Shown here in pieces: positions 6,083 through 14,767 of a stretch of 64,000 nucleotides of DNA. The stretch spans positions 2,896 to 66,895 of the forward strand of contig JBDRKE010000010.1 of the NCBI GenBank assembly GCA_043814315.1, read 5' to 3'. The stretch's first letter is position 1, and each line of letters starts with the position of its first letter. The position numbers and the translations under genes were made by a program. A model generated the notes under the pieces. The model was not told the DNA's origin, ran no database searches, and saw only the letters and a list, made by a program, of their open reading frames with translations. This DNA is from Candidatus Omnitrophota bacterium. Lineage in GTDB: Bacteria; Omnitrophota; Gorgyraeia; Gygaellales; Profunditerraquicolaceae.

Positions 6083-9000
6083 ATGTCGCGTAAAGTCTTT
6101 TCTTGGCTCATTGTCCTGACCATGCTCTTCCAGCAGACCGGCTTTGCCCAGGTCGCTGCCGTTGAACTTAACCTCGCAGGCCAACTCTCTAAGATAGCCG
6201 GTAGCCTCACCACAGACACCTTCAGGCCCGTGCACATCCGCTTCTTCTCCTATGACGCAGCTAATGACGCCTTCAAGGTGATGCTGGACAAAGGAGACAC
6301 CAAGAACCTGACCGATACGCAGCTTAACGCCTCCAACAAGGTCCTCATGAATTATTTCCTCATAGGCGTTACCCTACCCAATGACAGCTTCTGGGTGAAC
6401 CTCAGGCCTGATTCAGAGGACAATATCATAGATAACTATTTAGCTAAGACAGACGTGGGCAAGGTTATGCTTGAGGCAGACCTTCAGCTTAAGAAAGACA
6501 CTGCCCGCTTCACCTCTCCTCAAACCCCTGAAGGAAGGGAATACTGGACCAAGCTCTACAAGAAGGCCGAGGAGCTCTACGGTTACGAGAACGTCAGCAT
6601 CCCAGCCCTCACCAGGCCCTGGATCGTGCCCAATGAGATTATCGTGCGTGAGACCGCAGGAAGCGCCTACATCTACAAGGCGACCCTCAAGGTCATGCTG
6701 GAGCAGGATTATCTGAAGGACTCCTCTGACTACAACTTCAAGGACACCCGCTCAAGACTCCTTAACGAATACTCCTCCCAGCTTATCCGTGAACTCATTC
6801 TACCTAAATTAACCAAGGAGGTGAACCTCTCCAAGACCTACGCCCCCTTAAGACAGGCCTATTATTCTCTTATTTTCTCCAGATGGTTCAAAACCCGGTT
6901 CGCTAACCAAACCGGCCAATACGCTTCCCTCATTGACTCCAGTAATCTTACAAATCTAACCTCTAAGACCTCTTGGTCTAAAGACACCTATTTCCAGGCC
7001 TACAAGAACTCCTTTGCCAAAGGAGAATACAACATCAGCGAGACCGTCCACACCCCCACAGGCCAGGTGATCCGCACCTACTTTAGTGGTGGAATCAAAA
7101 TCCTCCCTCAGAATCTACCCTATAGCGGCACTAGAGTTGCCGATTCTCCTATAACAGATGTCCTCTTAGGGGCAGGGTTGGTTGATCCCAATGCTTCTCT
7201 TCAACCTAATAAAATTGAAGCAGCTAGCCCAATACAAGTTAGTAGCCCAGACGATCTGTTACCGGTTATCACCAATAAAGGCATTAAACAAGCTATCATG
7301 GCTTTGGATTGGAATGTTTCGGTTAAGGACGGAAAAATCGTAGAAAATGAGCGCATTGTTAATTCTCTTGACACGATCAAGTGGGTATTTCAAGAGGCAG
7401 GATTAGATTACGCGTATGTGCTTACCCATTCCGGAAGGCCAAGCGGAAAAGGTTATGAAGAAGCCTTCACTTTAAGGCCTATGGCTAATGAGGCTGCCAG
7501 GCTTTTATCAGAAGCAGGTGTAAATAATGTAGAAGTCATAATGCTTCCCATCAACCTTACAGACGCAAAGACTTTAATTGACGCAAAGAAAGCAGAAGCT
7601 GCTGCTTCCAGAAAAAAAGTATTGTTTGTGGTCGAAAACGTTAGGATGTATGGTGGCGAACAATCCAAAAATCCGGCCGTGAGGGAGCAATTTGAAAGGG
7701 ACCTGATTGCCTTGACAGGGGAAACAACAGAAAAATTAATTTACCTAGAAGAAGCTTTTGACAAATCACATCGTGCTGAAGAAGCTTCCATGGAGATGGG
7801 TGCGTTGTTGTTTCCGAGAGAAAATATAGCAGCTGGAGTAAAGGTTGCTGATGAAGCTGAGAAAGTTCTGGATTTCTTAAGTAAAGCCACCGGTAAACTT
7901 GTCGTTATTGCCGGAGGCGCAAAGTTCGATAAATTAAAGAATATCGCTGATATCGGTAAACGCATTGGTTTAACTGGCGGTAAATTGTTTGTTGTCGGCG
8001 CATTGGCCAATCCTCTTTTAGACAACGCTGGCGTCAATGTCGGAAAATCCCTTATGCCGACCAAACCGGATGATGTAAAAGGATTTAAAGATGGCCAAAA
8101 GAAGTTGATAGAAAATACCAGAGACAATAAACTGCAATCTTCGCTTCCTGTTGATTTTGTGGTCAGGGAAGGCAAAGTTGTGAAAGACACACTTGAGCCT
8201 ACGGATGAACAGATAGACATCGGCCCCAAGACCATAAAAATGATTGTAGATTACATTAATTCTTTGAAAGCCGGGGACGGTATCCTCATGAACGGTGGAG
8301 CCGGCGTATTTGATAAAGAATGGGGTTCTAAAGCAGGCACCATTGCCATTGTAACCGCAGCCAATGAAGCAGCTGCCAGGGGTGTGGCCGTTTTGTTTGG
8401 CGGCGGCGATATGTTTAACGCGGTAAAGATCGTGCAGCGCGAAACAGGTTTAAGGCTCGATCCGTCAATAAAGATTTCGACGGCGGGAGGTGCGCTTTTT
8501 GTCGCCATTTCCAAGGGTGTAGGCGGAGGCCTTGTCCCTGTAAGAGCAACGATGAAATTTCCTGGAGAAGCAGAGAAGAAGTTGCTAGGTATATATTCTG
8601 CCGTGACAGAAGCAATTCCAGGAGCCATCGTATTACCGGTTGCAAGAACTCCCTATAAGGATACTTCTGTGGCTGGCGATGATTCCACCCGAGAGCCTGC
8701 TTTGGATTTGTCCAGAGGACCTGACGGGCATCGTCTTTTGATACCTGATGGTAGACGTGCGGATCTAATTAAGAATTTTTATGAGACGACTTTCTTGCCG
8801 GTCATTGTTACAGCCGAAGATGTCATGAATCTTTGGACTTCTGAGCAAGTTGCGGCATTCCAAGCAGCGAAGAAAGAGAAAGACGTTACGGCCTTTGCGC
8901 AACAACTTATAAGGCCCGTATTGGCCAGCAAAGGCATTCCTGCCCAAGAGTCGCAAGAACGTTCTCACGCGCTTGATCCGGGACTATTAGGAGAAGCGGC

Positions 9001-12000
9001 CGTGGATGTTTCTTCCATCATCGCGATCAGGACTTTGGCAGGTGATTTTCTGGGATGGATACCTGTCGTCATTAAGCGTGGAGAAGATAAGGCGCATGAA
9101 GCTTTGGGGCAAAAAATCGCCGTGAGCGCCGCCCAAGGCTTGGAAAAAACGGAAAAACAACCATTCGCTTTGCCGCCATCTATAGACATTTCCAACCACA
9201 ACAATGCCTTTAATGCGCTTAAAACATACAATCCACTCTTATTTGAAAAGTTACAAAATAATGATCTTCCCGCTATCCGTCTTTTAACCGGAATGATCAA
9301 TAATCTTGATCCTAAAGCCATGGTAGACCCCGGCGCGGCTGGAATTAAATTTGATAAACAGCTGGGAGTTTTCATTTCGGAAATGGACATGGATGCAAAA
9401 GCAACAGCGCCGGGTTTTGGGAAAAACCTGGAGCGTTTTCGAGGCAGCCTCTATGCCGTGGGTCAGACGAGCGCACGCCTGTACCATTTGCTGACTCCCA
9501 ATTACGATACGCAGAGGCAAGTGGGAATAGCTATTAAAAATAAAGACCTGCAGGATGCCGTTATCAAGTTTTACGCCCTTATGCAGAGGCACCTTTTGGA
9601 AGTAGCCATAAACTATTTTAAAGATGCACGCGTATTTGAGTCCTTGAGGGTTGAAATTGGTGATTATGCGCGAAGGTTAAATGAGGCCGTAAGAGAGGCA
9701 GATGCCCTTGAGCTAAGCCAGGCCAGCGGAGAGGATATCCTTATACATCTATCTGCAAAAGGTGTAGTATTATCTGCAAATGAGAAATTTCATATCTTAG
9801 AATTTATACATGGAAGCGGCGGCTTATTTGATGTGCTTCAATTAGCAGCTTTGATGAGGGCGGATAACTTTGTGCAGAGTTTCCGGCACATAAAGTTGGA
9901 TAATCCGTTAAAAGTCCTACCTTCAGATAAACCTTTCGAGGCATACGATGGTTCCGGACGCATCGGAAGGACACAGCTTGCCCAGCGGTTAGCAGCAGAT
10001 ATTAACGGCCAGGAGGAAGGTTATATTGGCAGGTATATGGTGGCCAGCCAAGAGCTTAAAGGTGAAAGTTTGCAAGAGAAATTTTTCACAGCTGTGCAAA
10101 AAGCTTCAGAAATGTTAAGCGACAGGCAGATTGAGGATGCGAAGCTGAATATTCAGCTTGGGACGGAATCTGCCGTATTAACCGACCTGATTAAGAACGG
10201 TCTGATGAGCTTTAGATTAGGAGCAAATGTTTTGGCGGCACAGCTGGACTTTCAAGATACGTATAAGGTTTCCAGTGTTTATCCTGTTCAAGTTAATCTT
10301 GATGGCCGAATGGTGGGTGTAATTTATTTTGTGGATATGGCCCAGTTTAAAGCAGGAATGGAAGTAGCGCTTAAAGCATCAGGAAGACAACTGGATAATA
10401 TCCCTCGTCCCTTCATTGTCCGGGGAGAAAATGATGAAGAAATTTTCTTTGGTTTAAGAGTGGATGCTACACCCGGTGGAGTAGAGATTGGGGATCAAGC
10501 TCTTGAGAAAGCCGGTGCCAAAGGAGCAGTTAAGCTTTCCGGCGACACTTTGTGGAAACTTTTTGCAAAGTCCAATTTGCCTGAAACCTATGGCGCGAAA
10601 TTAGGCGCGACGGATGAGCTGTCCCGCATAAGGCAGATTTATGAACATGTTAAGAACACCCGTATGCCGAAAGAAGGCGGAAAACAACTCATTTATGATA
10701 AAGCGCAAATTCCCAAGAGCATGTTATTGCCTGGATTTAACTTTATGGATAGGCATTTGGGTTGGGTTTTACCCTATGTAGGGGGTTCTGATGTTATGTA
10801 TATGACTCCGGGTTCTTGCTCAACCAATGGTGCGGCACACGCTATTTCCGCTTTAACCGGTTTCGCTGGGAATGCTGAATCTATTGGGCCCACCTTTCAT
10901 ATGTATACGTCAAGCGACAAAATCGTAGAGAAGAACCCTTACGGCCACACGGCGCTAAAATCAACTGGTGCAGCTAAAGGAGTGGTCTTATTGCTTTCAT
11001 TTGAAGAAGGCAGCCAAACCTTTTTTACGGCTATTCGTACGCCAACGGGTTTAGTAAAAGGCAAGGCAGATATTGTAGGCGGTTCAATCTTTGACCTTCT
11101 GGTTCGCTTGCCTAACAACATTCCTGAAAAATTAACAGTGCGTTATTTATCGCGTATAGCCGCTGAATTTCCTCAAGATCTGCTCATGTTTACTCCCGAA
11201 GATATGAGAGAAGGTAGTTACACCTGGCAAGACACCATTGCCGGGCAAAGGACAGGTTCAATTCTCTATAAGAATTTTATTGAGAGGGTTGCTCCCAACA
11301 CTTTGCGTATAAAAGTCGGTTACGACAATGAGTTTAGTTTTGCCACTATGGAAAAAACCATGCATGACGCGGTATATCTGGATGCCAAGCGCAATCGTCA
11401 GACAGCCCAAATGGCAGAAGTATTGGATGCAGCCTTAACATACTCAGCTTCCTCTCCGGCTACGACGCCTATTCTAGAAAAGTTAAACTTGATGATCACG
11501 ACGGTTACCCCTTCACAAACCACTACTTTAGGTAAGCCTGCACTTAGATTAGACATGGGATTAGCCGGCGGCGCAAAAGGTCATTTTGTAGTTCCCGCAG
11601 GAACTTCTACCGGCGAGGATGAGGCAAAAACTATTTTGGATAGATTTGGCTTTGGCCGAGTCCTTAAAAACATAGTCAAGATTCATTCAGCAGTGATGGA
11701 GGAAGGATTGGTGGCTGATGAATTAGCAGAAATCGGCCAGCTCATGTTAAATATGAGTAAGGACGAATTAGGTGCCGAGGTCACTCTCTCTTATCAAATG
11801 TCATCAGCTTGGGCAGCAGCCAGTCAAAAAGGCCTGCAGAATTACGAGTTCGTCCGCGAGATGGCTCCTGACCTTGCTTCTAAGGGCGTTCCGGTAACAA
11901 AGATACAGCAGAATAATACTAATGGCGGACAACATGCGCCCAACAGTTTAGACATGCAGGAATTTATGGTTGTCCCTATTGGCAAAACAACGGCAGAATC

Positions 12001-13312
12001 AAACAAGATGGGAGACAATATAGATCGGGCCCTTGGGTTTATCTACCAGCAAATGGGTTTAAAAGCCAACCCCGATGATAAAGGCGTAGGTGAGTTGAGG
12101 GGCAAGGAGGGCGGATACAAAATAGGGGACCTGACAAATGATAAGTTAAAGGAAATTTATCAAAAGGCAGGTTCATATAACATTAAGAATTTAGACATCG
12201 TCGCCTTGAGAGATCAAGGAGTAGGGGTGCATGAGTTTGTGTTGAATTGCCAGATGGCTGCCATTCGAAACGCTGGGTATGTTCCGTCTACATCTGGAGA
12301 GGTTAGAACTGTAGCATTGGCTTTGGACCCAGCAGCCACTTCCATGTTAGTGGAAGGTCATGACAATCTTTACAATTTTGAAGGGCGCCAGATTACCAGC
12401 AAAGAGTTAGTTGCCATATACAAAAAGTGGGCAGAAAAATATCCGATTGATTCTCTTGAGGACGGCTTAGGGGAGAACGATTGGGAAGGCTGGCTGGACC
12501 TCGTTGAAGCAGTGGGAGACAAAGTCATGGTGATTACTGATGATCTTACTGTCTCTCAGGCAGGCCGATTCCTCAGATTTATTGATATGTTAAAACAAAG
12601 AGGATTTATTGGGCCGGATGGTAAGGTGACAAAGAGGATAGGTATTCTCATCAAGTTAAACCAGAACGGATTCTTGACTACGGGTATTAATGATCCTGCG
12701 AAAGGTTGGTTGGGAACTATAGAAGTTATCCGAATCGCAAAAAAATATGGTATTAAATGGATCGTATCGCATCGCTCTAATGAAGCAGGGCCTGAAGAGA
12801 ATGAAGTTTCCATCGCTGAGCTTGCTGCAGGCACAGACGCGTATGCTTTGAAATCAGGAGACCACGTGCAAGCTGTGCGAGCTGTCAAGGAAGATCGCTT
12901 AGCTGAGATTGATGCCCGGGAAAGAAACAAGGCTGCCGCCTCTCCCATGACACCCGGCGGTATTGACTTCCGCGGCAAACCCATGAACATCACCTATGAG
13001 CCTTTGGGTAACTTCTCCGAGCTTAACCTGAAACTACCCACGCTAAGCAAGAAGGAATTAGCTAGCTTTGATGTTGAGAGCGAGTTAAGGCAGATAGAGA
13101 ATATGGTTAACAGGAAGCTCCTTCCTTCAGGAGCGCGCGTCAAAGAGCTCCTGGCTGCCTGCTCGCAAAAAGGAGAGCTGAATAGGATGCAGGAGCGCGT
13201 CATGGTGCTCTTGATCAAGATGGGCATCCTTGAAGAAAGCGCCTGCTGCACCCAAGAGGCCAGCAGGGAGTACAAAGAAGCCCTGATCCTGGTGGATTCA
13301 TTGGTCAGTTAG
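6083..13312 (+). CDS. Giant signal-peptide protein 2 (2409 aa): shared N-module, PGK, unassigned module, GAPDH-like domain, enolase, shared C-module
   Basis: Start set at ATG 6083 using the RBS AAGGAGAAAAAAATG conserved with gene 1. Signal peptide MSRKVFSWLIVLTMLFQQTGFAQ. Enzyme motifs are listed in the domain entries. Confidence 0.85.
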   Translation: MSRKVFSWLIVLTMLFQQTGFAQVAAVELNLAGQLSKIAGSLTTDTFRPVHIRFFSYDAANDAFKVMLDKGDTKNLTDTQLNASNKVLMNYFLIGVTLPNDSFWVNLRPDSEDNIIDNYLAKTDVGKVMLEADLQLKKDTARFTSPQTPEGREYWTKLYKKAEELYGYENVSIPALTRPWIVPNEIIVRETAGSAYIYKATLKVMLEQDYLKDSSDYNFKDTRSRLLNEYSSQLIRELILPKLTKEVNLSKTYAPLRQAYYSLIFSRWFKTRFANQTGQYASLIDSSNLTNLTSKTSWSKDTYFQAYKNSFAKGEYNISETVHTPTGQVIRTYFSGGIKILPQNLPYSGTRVADSPITDVLLGAGLVDPNASLQPNKIEAASPIQVSSPDDLLPVITNKGIKQAIMALDWNVSVKDGKIVENERIVNSLDTIKWVFQEAGLDYAYVLTHSGRPSGKGYEEAFTLRPMANEAARLLSEAGVNNVEVIMLPINLTDAKTLIDAKKAEAAASRKKVLFVVENVRMYGGEQSKNPAVREQFERDLIALTGETTEKLIYLEEAFDKSHRAEEASMEMGALLFPRENIAAGVKVADEAEKVLDFLSKATGKLVVIAGGAKFDKLKNIADIGKRIGLTGGKLFVVGALANPLLDNAGVNVGKSLMPTKPDDVKGFKDGQKKLIENTRDNKLQSSLPVDFVVREGKVVKDTLEPTDEQIDIGPKTIKMIVDYINSLKAGDGILMNGGAGVFDKEWGSKAGTIAIVTAANEAAARGVAVLFGGGDMFNAVKIVQRETGLRLDPSIKISTAGGALFVAISKGVGGGLVPVRATMKFPGEAEKKLLGIYSAVTEAIPGAIVLPVARTPYKDTSVAGDDSTREPALDLSRGPDGHRLLIPDGRRADLIKNFYETTFLPVIVTAEDVMNLWTSEQVAAFQAAKKEKDVTAFAQQLIRPVLASKGIPAQESQERSHALDPGLLGEAAVDVSSIIAIRTLAGDFLGWIPVVIKRGEDKAHEALGQKIAVSAAQGLEKTEKQPFALPPSIDISNHNNAFNALKTYNPLLFEKLQNNDLPAIRLLTGMINNLDPKAMVDPGAAGIKFDKQLGVFISEMDMDAKATAPGFGKNLERFRGSLYAVGQTSARLYHLLTPNYDTQRQVGIAIKNKDLQDAVIKFYALMQRHLLEVAINYFKDARVFESLRVEIGDYARRLNEAVREADALELSQASGEDILIHLSAKGVVLSANEKFHILEFIHGSGGLFDVLQLAALMRADNFVQSFRHIKLDNPLKVLPSDKPFEAYDGSGRIGRTQLAQRLAADINGQEEGYIGRYMVASQELKGESLQEKFFTAVQKASEMLSDRQIEDAKLNIQLGTESAVLTDLIKNGLMSFRLGANVLAAQLDFQDTYKVSSVYPVQVNLDGRMVGVIYFVDMAQFKAGMEVALKASGRQLDNIPRPFIVRGENDEEIFFGLRVDATPGGVEIGDQALEKAGAKGAVKLSGDTLWKLFAKSNLPETYGAKLGATDELSRIRQIYEHVKNTRMPKEGGKQLIYDKAQIPKSMLLPGFNFMDRHLGWVLPYVGGSDVMYMTPGSCSTNGAAHAISALTGFAGNAESIGPTFHMYTSSDKIVEKNPYGHTALKSTGAAKGVVLLLSFEEGSQTFFTAIRTPTGLVKGKADIVGGSIFDLLVRLPNNIPEKLTVRYLSRIAAEFPQDLLMFTPEDMREGSYTWQDTIAGQRTGSILYKNFIERVAPNTLRIKVGYDNEFSFATMEKTMHDAVYLDAKRNRQTAQMAEVLDAALTYSASSPATTPILEKLNLMITTVTPSQTTTLGKPALRLDMGLAGGAKGHFVVPAGTSTGEDEAKTILDRFGFGRVLKNIVKIHSAVMEEGLVADELAEIGQLMLNMSKDELGAEVTLSYQMSSAWAAASQKGLQNYEFVREMAPDLASKGVPVTKIQQNNTNGGQHAPNSLDMQEFMVVPIGKTTAESNKMGDNIDRALGFIYQQMGLKANPDDKGVGELRGKEGGYKIGDLTNDKLKEIYQKAGSYNIKNLDIVALRDQGVGVHEFVLNCQMAAIRNAGYVPSTSGEVRTVALALDPAATSMLVEGHDNLYNFEGRQITSKELVAIYKKWAEKYPIDSLEDGLGENDWEGWLDLVEAVGDKVMVITDDLTVSQAGRFLRFIDMLKQRGFIGPDGKVTKRIGILIKLNQNGFLTTGINDPAKGWLGTIEVIRIAKKYGIKWIVSHRSNEAGPEENEVSIAELAAGTDAYALKSGDHVQAVRAVKEDRLAEIDARERNKAAASPMTPGGIDFRGKPMNITYEPLGNFSELNLKLPTLSKKELASFDVESELRQIENMVNRKLLPSGARVKELLAACSQKGELNRMQERVMVLLIKMGILEESACCTQEASREYKEALILVDSLVS
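7260..8560 (+). other. Phosphoglycerate kinase domain of giant protein 2
   Basis: LTHSGRPSGKGYEEAFTL (canonical SHLGRP), VENVRMYGGE, EAFDKSHRAEAS, IAGGAKFDKL, MNGGAGVFD, FGGGDM, STAGGAL. Confidence 0.85.
8640..9940 (+). other. Unassigned ~430-aa module between the PGK and GAPDH-like domains
   Basis: I recognised no family motif. TPI (AYEPVWAIGTG) and phosphoglycerate mutase signatures were not seen. Confidence 0.3.
9940..11400 (+). other. GAPDH-like domain with insertions
   Basis: GSGRIGR (cf. GFGRIGR), TPGSCSTNGAAHAISAL (cf. SNASCTTNCLAP, Cys retained), KSTGAAKG (cf. SSTGAAKA), FDLLVRL, KVGYDNEFSFA (cf. SWYDNEWGYS). Confidence 0.65.
11500..12930 (+). other. Enolase domain of giant protein 2
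   Basis: VPAGTSTGEDEA, MQEFMVVP, GKEGGY, ALDPAATS, SLEDGL, ITDDL, IKLNQNG, VSHRSNEAG...ELAAG, LKSGD. These correspond to the enolase metal and catalytic positions. Confidence 0.85.
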
Positions 13313-13340
13313 CGACGGTAAGCACACAGGTTTCACTTAA

Positions 13341-13373
13341 GAACCCTGGGAACAATCCCAGGGTTCTTTTTTT
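13341..13373 (+). terminator. Rho-independent terminator after giant gene 2
   Basis: GAACCCTGGG / CCCAGGGTTC 10-bp stem, AACAAT loop, then a T7 run. Confidence 0.8.
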
Positions 13374-13441
13374 CAAAAACTAAATTGCTATGAATTTTTC
13401 TCATTTAACGGTATAATATAATCTCAAAAAGGAGAAATGGC

Positions 13442-13774
13442 ATGGAATTCGACAAATTAAAAAATGAGGTTAAGACGGTTCCGCTGGATACCCTGCGTTG
13501 CGACGCTGACAACAACTTTGAGGCTGTGGTGCTCAGGGAGGAGATTGAGAAAATGAAAGCGCGCCTTGTGAAATTTTTCGGGACACCGGCGTTTCCTTCC
13601 CCAAACAGCCTGACGTTTCAAATGCGGCAGGTTATTGACGGTTTCGGCGGCATTATGCCTGGCCAGACGCTTTATTTCTGGAATCAGGGCAAAGAGATTA
13701 TATTTGCCATGCTTTGGCCCTGGCAGGACGGCAACCGCACGACCGTCAAAATCATCAAACAGGATAATTCTTAA
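13442..13774 (+). CDS. Hypothetical protein (110 aa)
   Basis: AAGGAGA RBS 7 nt upstream. Co-directional with its neighbours. No recognised motif. Confidence 0.5.
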   Translation: MEFDKLKNEVKTVPLDTLRCDADNNFEAVVLREEIEKMKARLVKFFGTPAFPSPNSLTFQMRQVIDGFGGIMPGQTLYFWNQGKEIIFAMLWPWQDGNRTTVKIIKQDNS

Positions 13775-13813
13775 AACCACACACGTAAAATTACGCCCGA
13801 AGGGAGAGGAGTT

Positions 13814-14764
13814 ATGTTCAGGGAAAAGATTAAGGTATTGGATTGCACCATCAGAGACGGCGGTCTGATCAATAACCACGATTTTGACTTCAGGTTTGTG
13901 CGCGCGGTGTACAAGGCGCTTTCTGAGGCAGGCGTGGATTACATGGAGATGGGTTATAAGAACTCCAAAAGGCTGTTTTCACAGAAAGAGTTCGGCACGT
14001 GGAAGTTTTGCGATGACGATGCCATTAAGAAAGTCATTGACGGGATCGAATCGAATACGAAGATTTCCGTTATGGTGGACGTGGACAGGGTGGATGCCGA
14101 GGATGTCTCACCGCGTAAGGAAAGCCCTGTTTCTATGATCAGGGTGGCTTCTTATGTCAAGGATATTGACAAGGCCATATATTTGGTGAACCATTTTGCG
14201 GATAAGGGTTATGAGACTACGGTTAATATCATGGCTATATCGCGCGCCCTGGATAACGAATTGACAGAAGCCTTGGAGCAGTTAGAAAAAGAAAGCAAGG
14301 CCGATTGTATATATATAGTGGATAGTTTTGGCGCCTTGTATCAGGAAACAACGGAGTTCCTTATCAAGAAAGCCAAGAGCATCATTAAGACCAAAGAGAT
14401 AGGAATACACGCCCATAACAACCAGCAGCTTGCCTTTGGCAACACCATTGAAGCGATCATCCATGATGCGAATTTTGTTGACGGCACTGTCTATGGCTTA
14501 GGCAGGGCTGCGGGGAATTGTCCTTTGGAGCTCATCCTTGGGTTTTTAAAGAATCCCAAGTTTGATATCCGGCCGGTTCTGGATTTGATTTCCAAAGAGT
14601 TCATCCCTTTGCGGGAAAAAATGGAATGGGGTTATATCATCCCTTACGCGATCACGGGTATTTTGGATGAGCATCCGCGCGCAGCCATGGCTTTACGCGG
14701 CAGCGATAAGAAAGAAAACTACCGGGAGTTTTACGAAAGCCTGATTACAGAGGTCGAGGAATAG
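13814..14764 (+). CDS. HMGL-like (DRE-TIM metallolyase / pyruvate carboxyltransferase-type) aldolase family protein
   Basis: N-terminal VLDCTIRDGG motif and a TIM-barrel-like length. GGAGAGGAG RBS. Confidence 0.6.
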   Translation: MFREKIKVLDCTIRDGGLINNHDFDFRFVRAVYKALSEAGVDYMEMGYKNSKRLFSQKEFGTWKFCDDDAIKKVIDGIESNTKISVMVDVDRVDAEDVSPRKESPVSMIRVASYVKDIDKAIYLVNHFADKGYETTVNIMAISRALDNELTEALEQLEKESKADCIYIVDSFGALYQETTEFLIKKAKSIIKTKEIGIHAHNNQQLAFGNTIEAIIHDANFVDGTVYGLGRAAGNCPLELILGFLKNPKFDIRPVLDLISKEFIPLREKMEWGYIIPYAITGILDEHPRAAMALRGSDKKENYREFYESLITEVEE

Positions 14765-14767
14765 GAA

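Noticed and set aside
7741-9390. Antisense ORFs of 125-164 aa inside giant gene 2 (7741..8235, 8251..8628, 8965..9390, and also 12556..12993).
   Set aside because: They are fully embedded opposite a strongly supported coding frame. Their Ser/Pro/Ala-rich, low-complexity translations are typical of antisense frames. They have no RBS and no motif.
13457-13879. Minus-strand ORF of 140 aa overlapping the hypothetical plus-strand gene 13442..13774.
   Set aside because: The plus-strand ORF has an AAGGAGA RBS and fits the co-directional operon. The minus ORF would also overlap the start of the aldolase gene. Neither ORF has a recognisable motif, so this choice is not certain.
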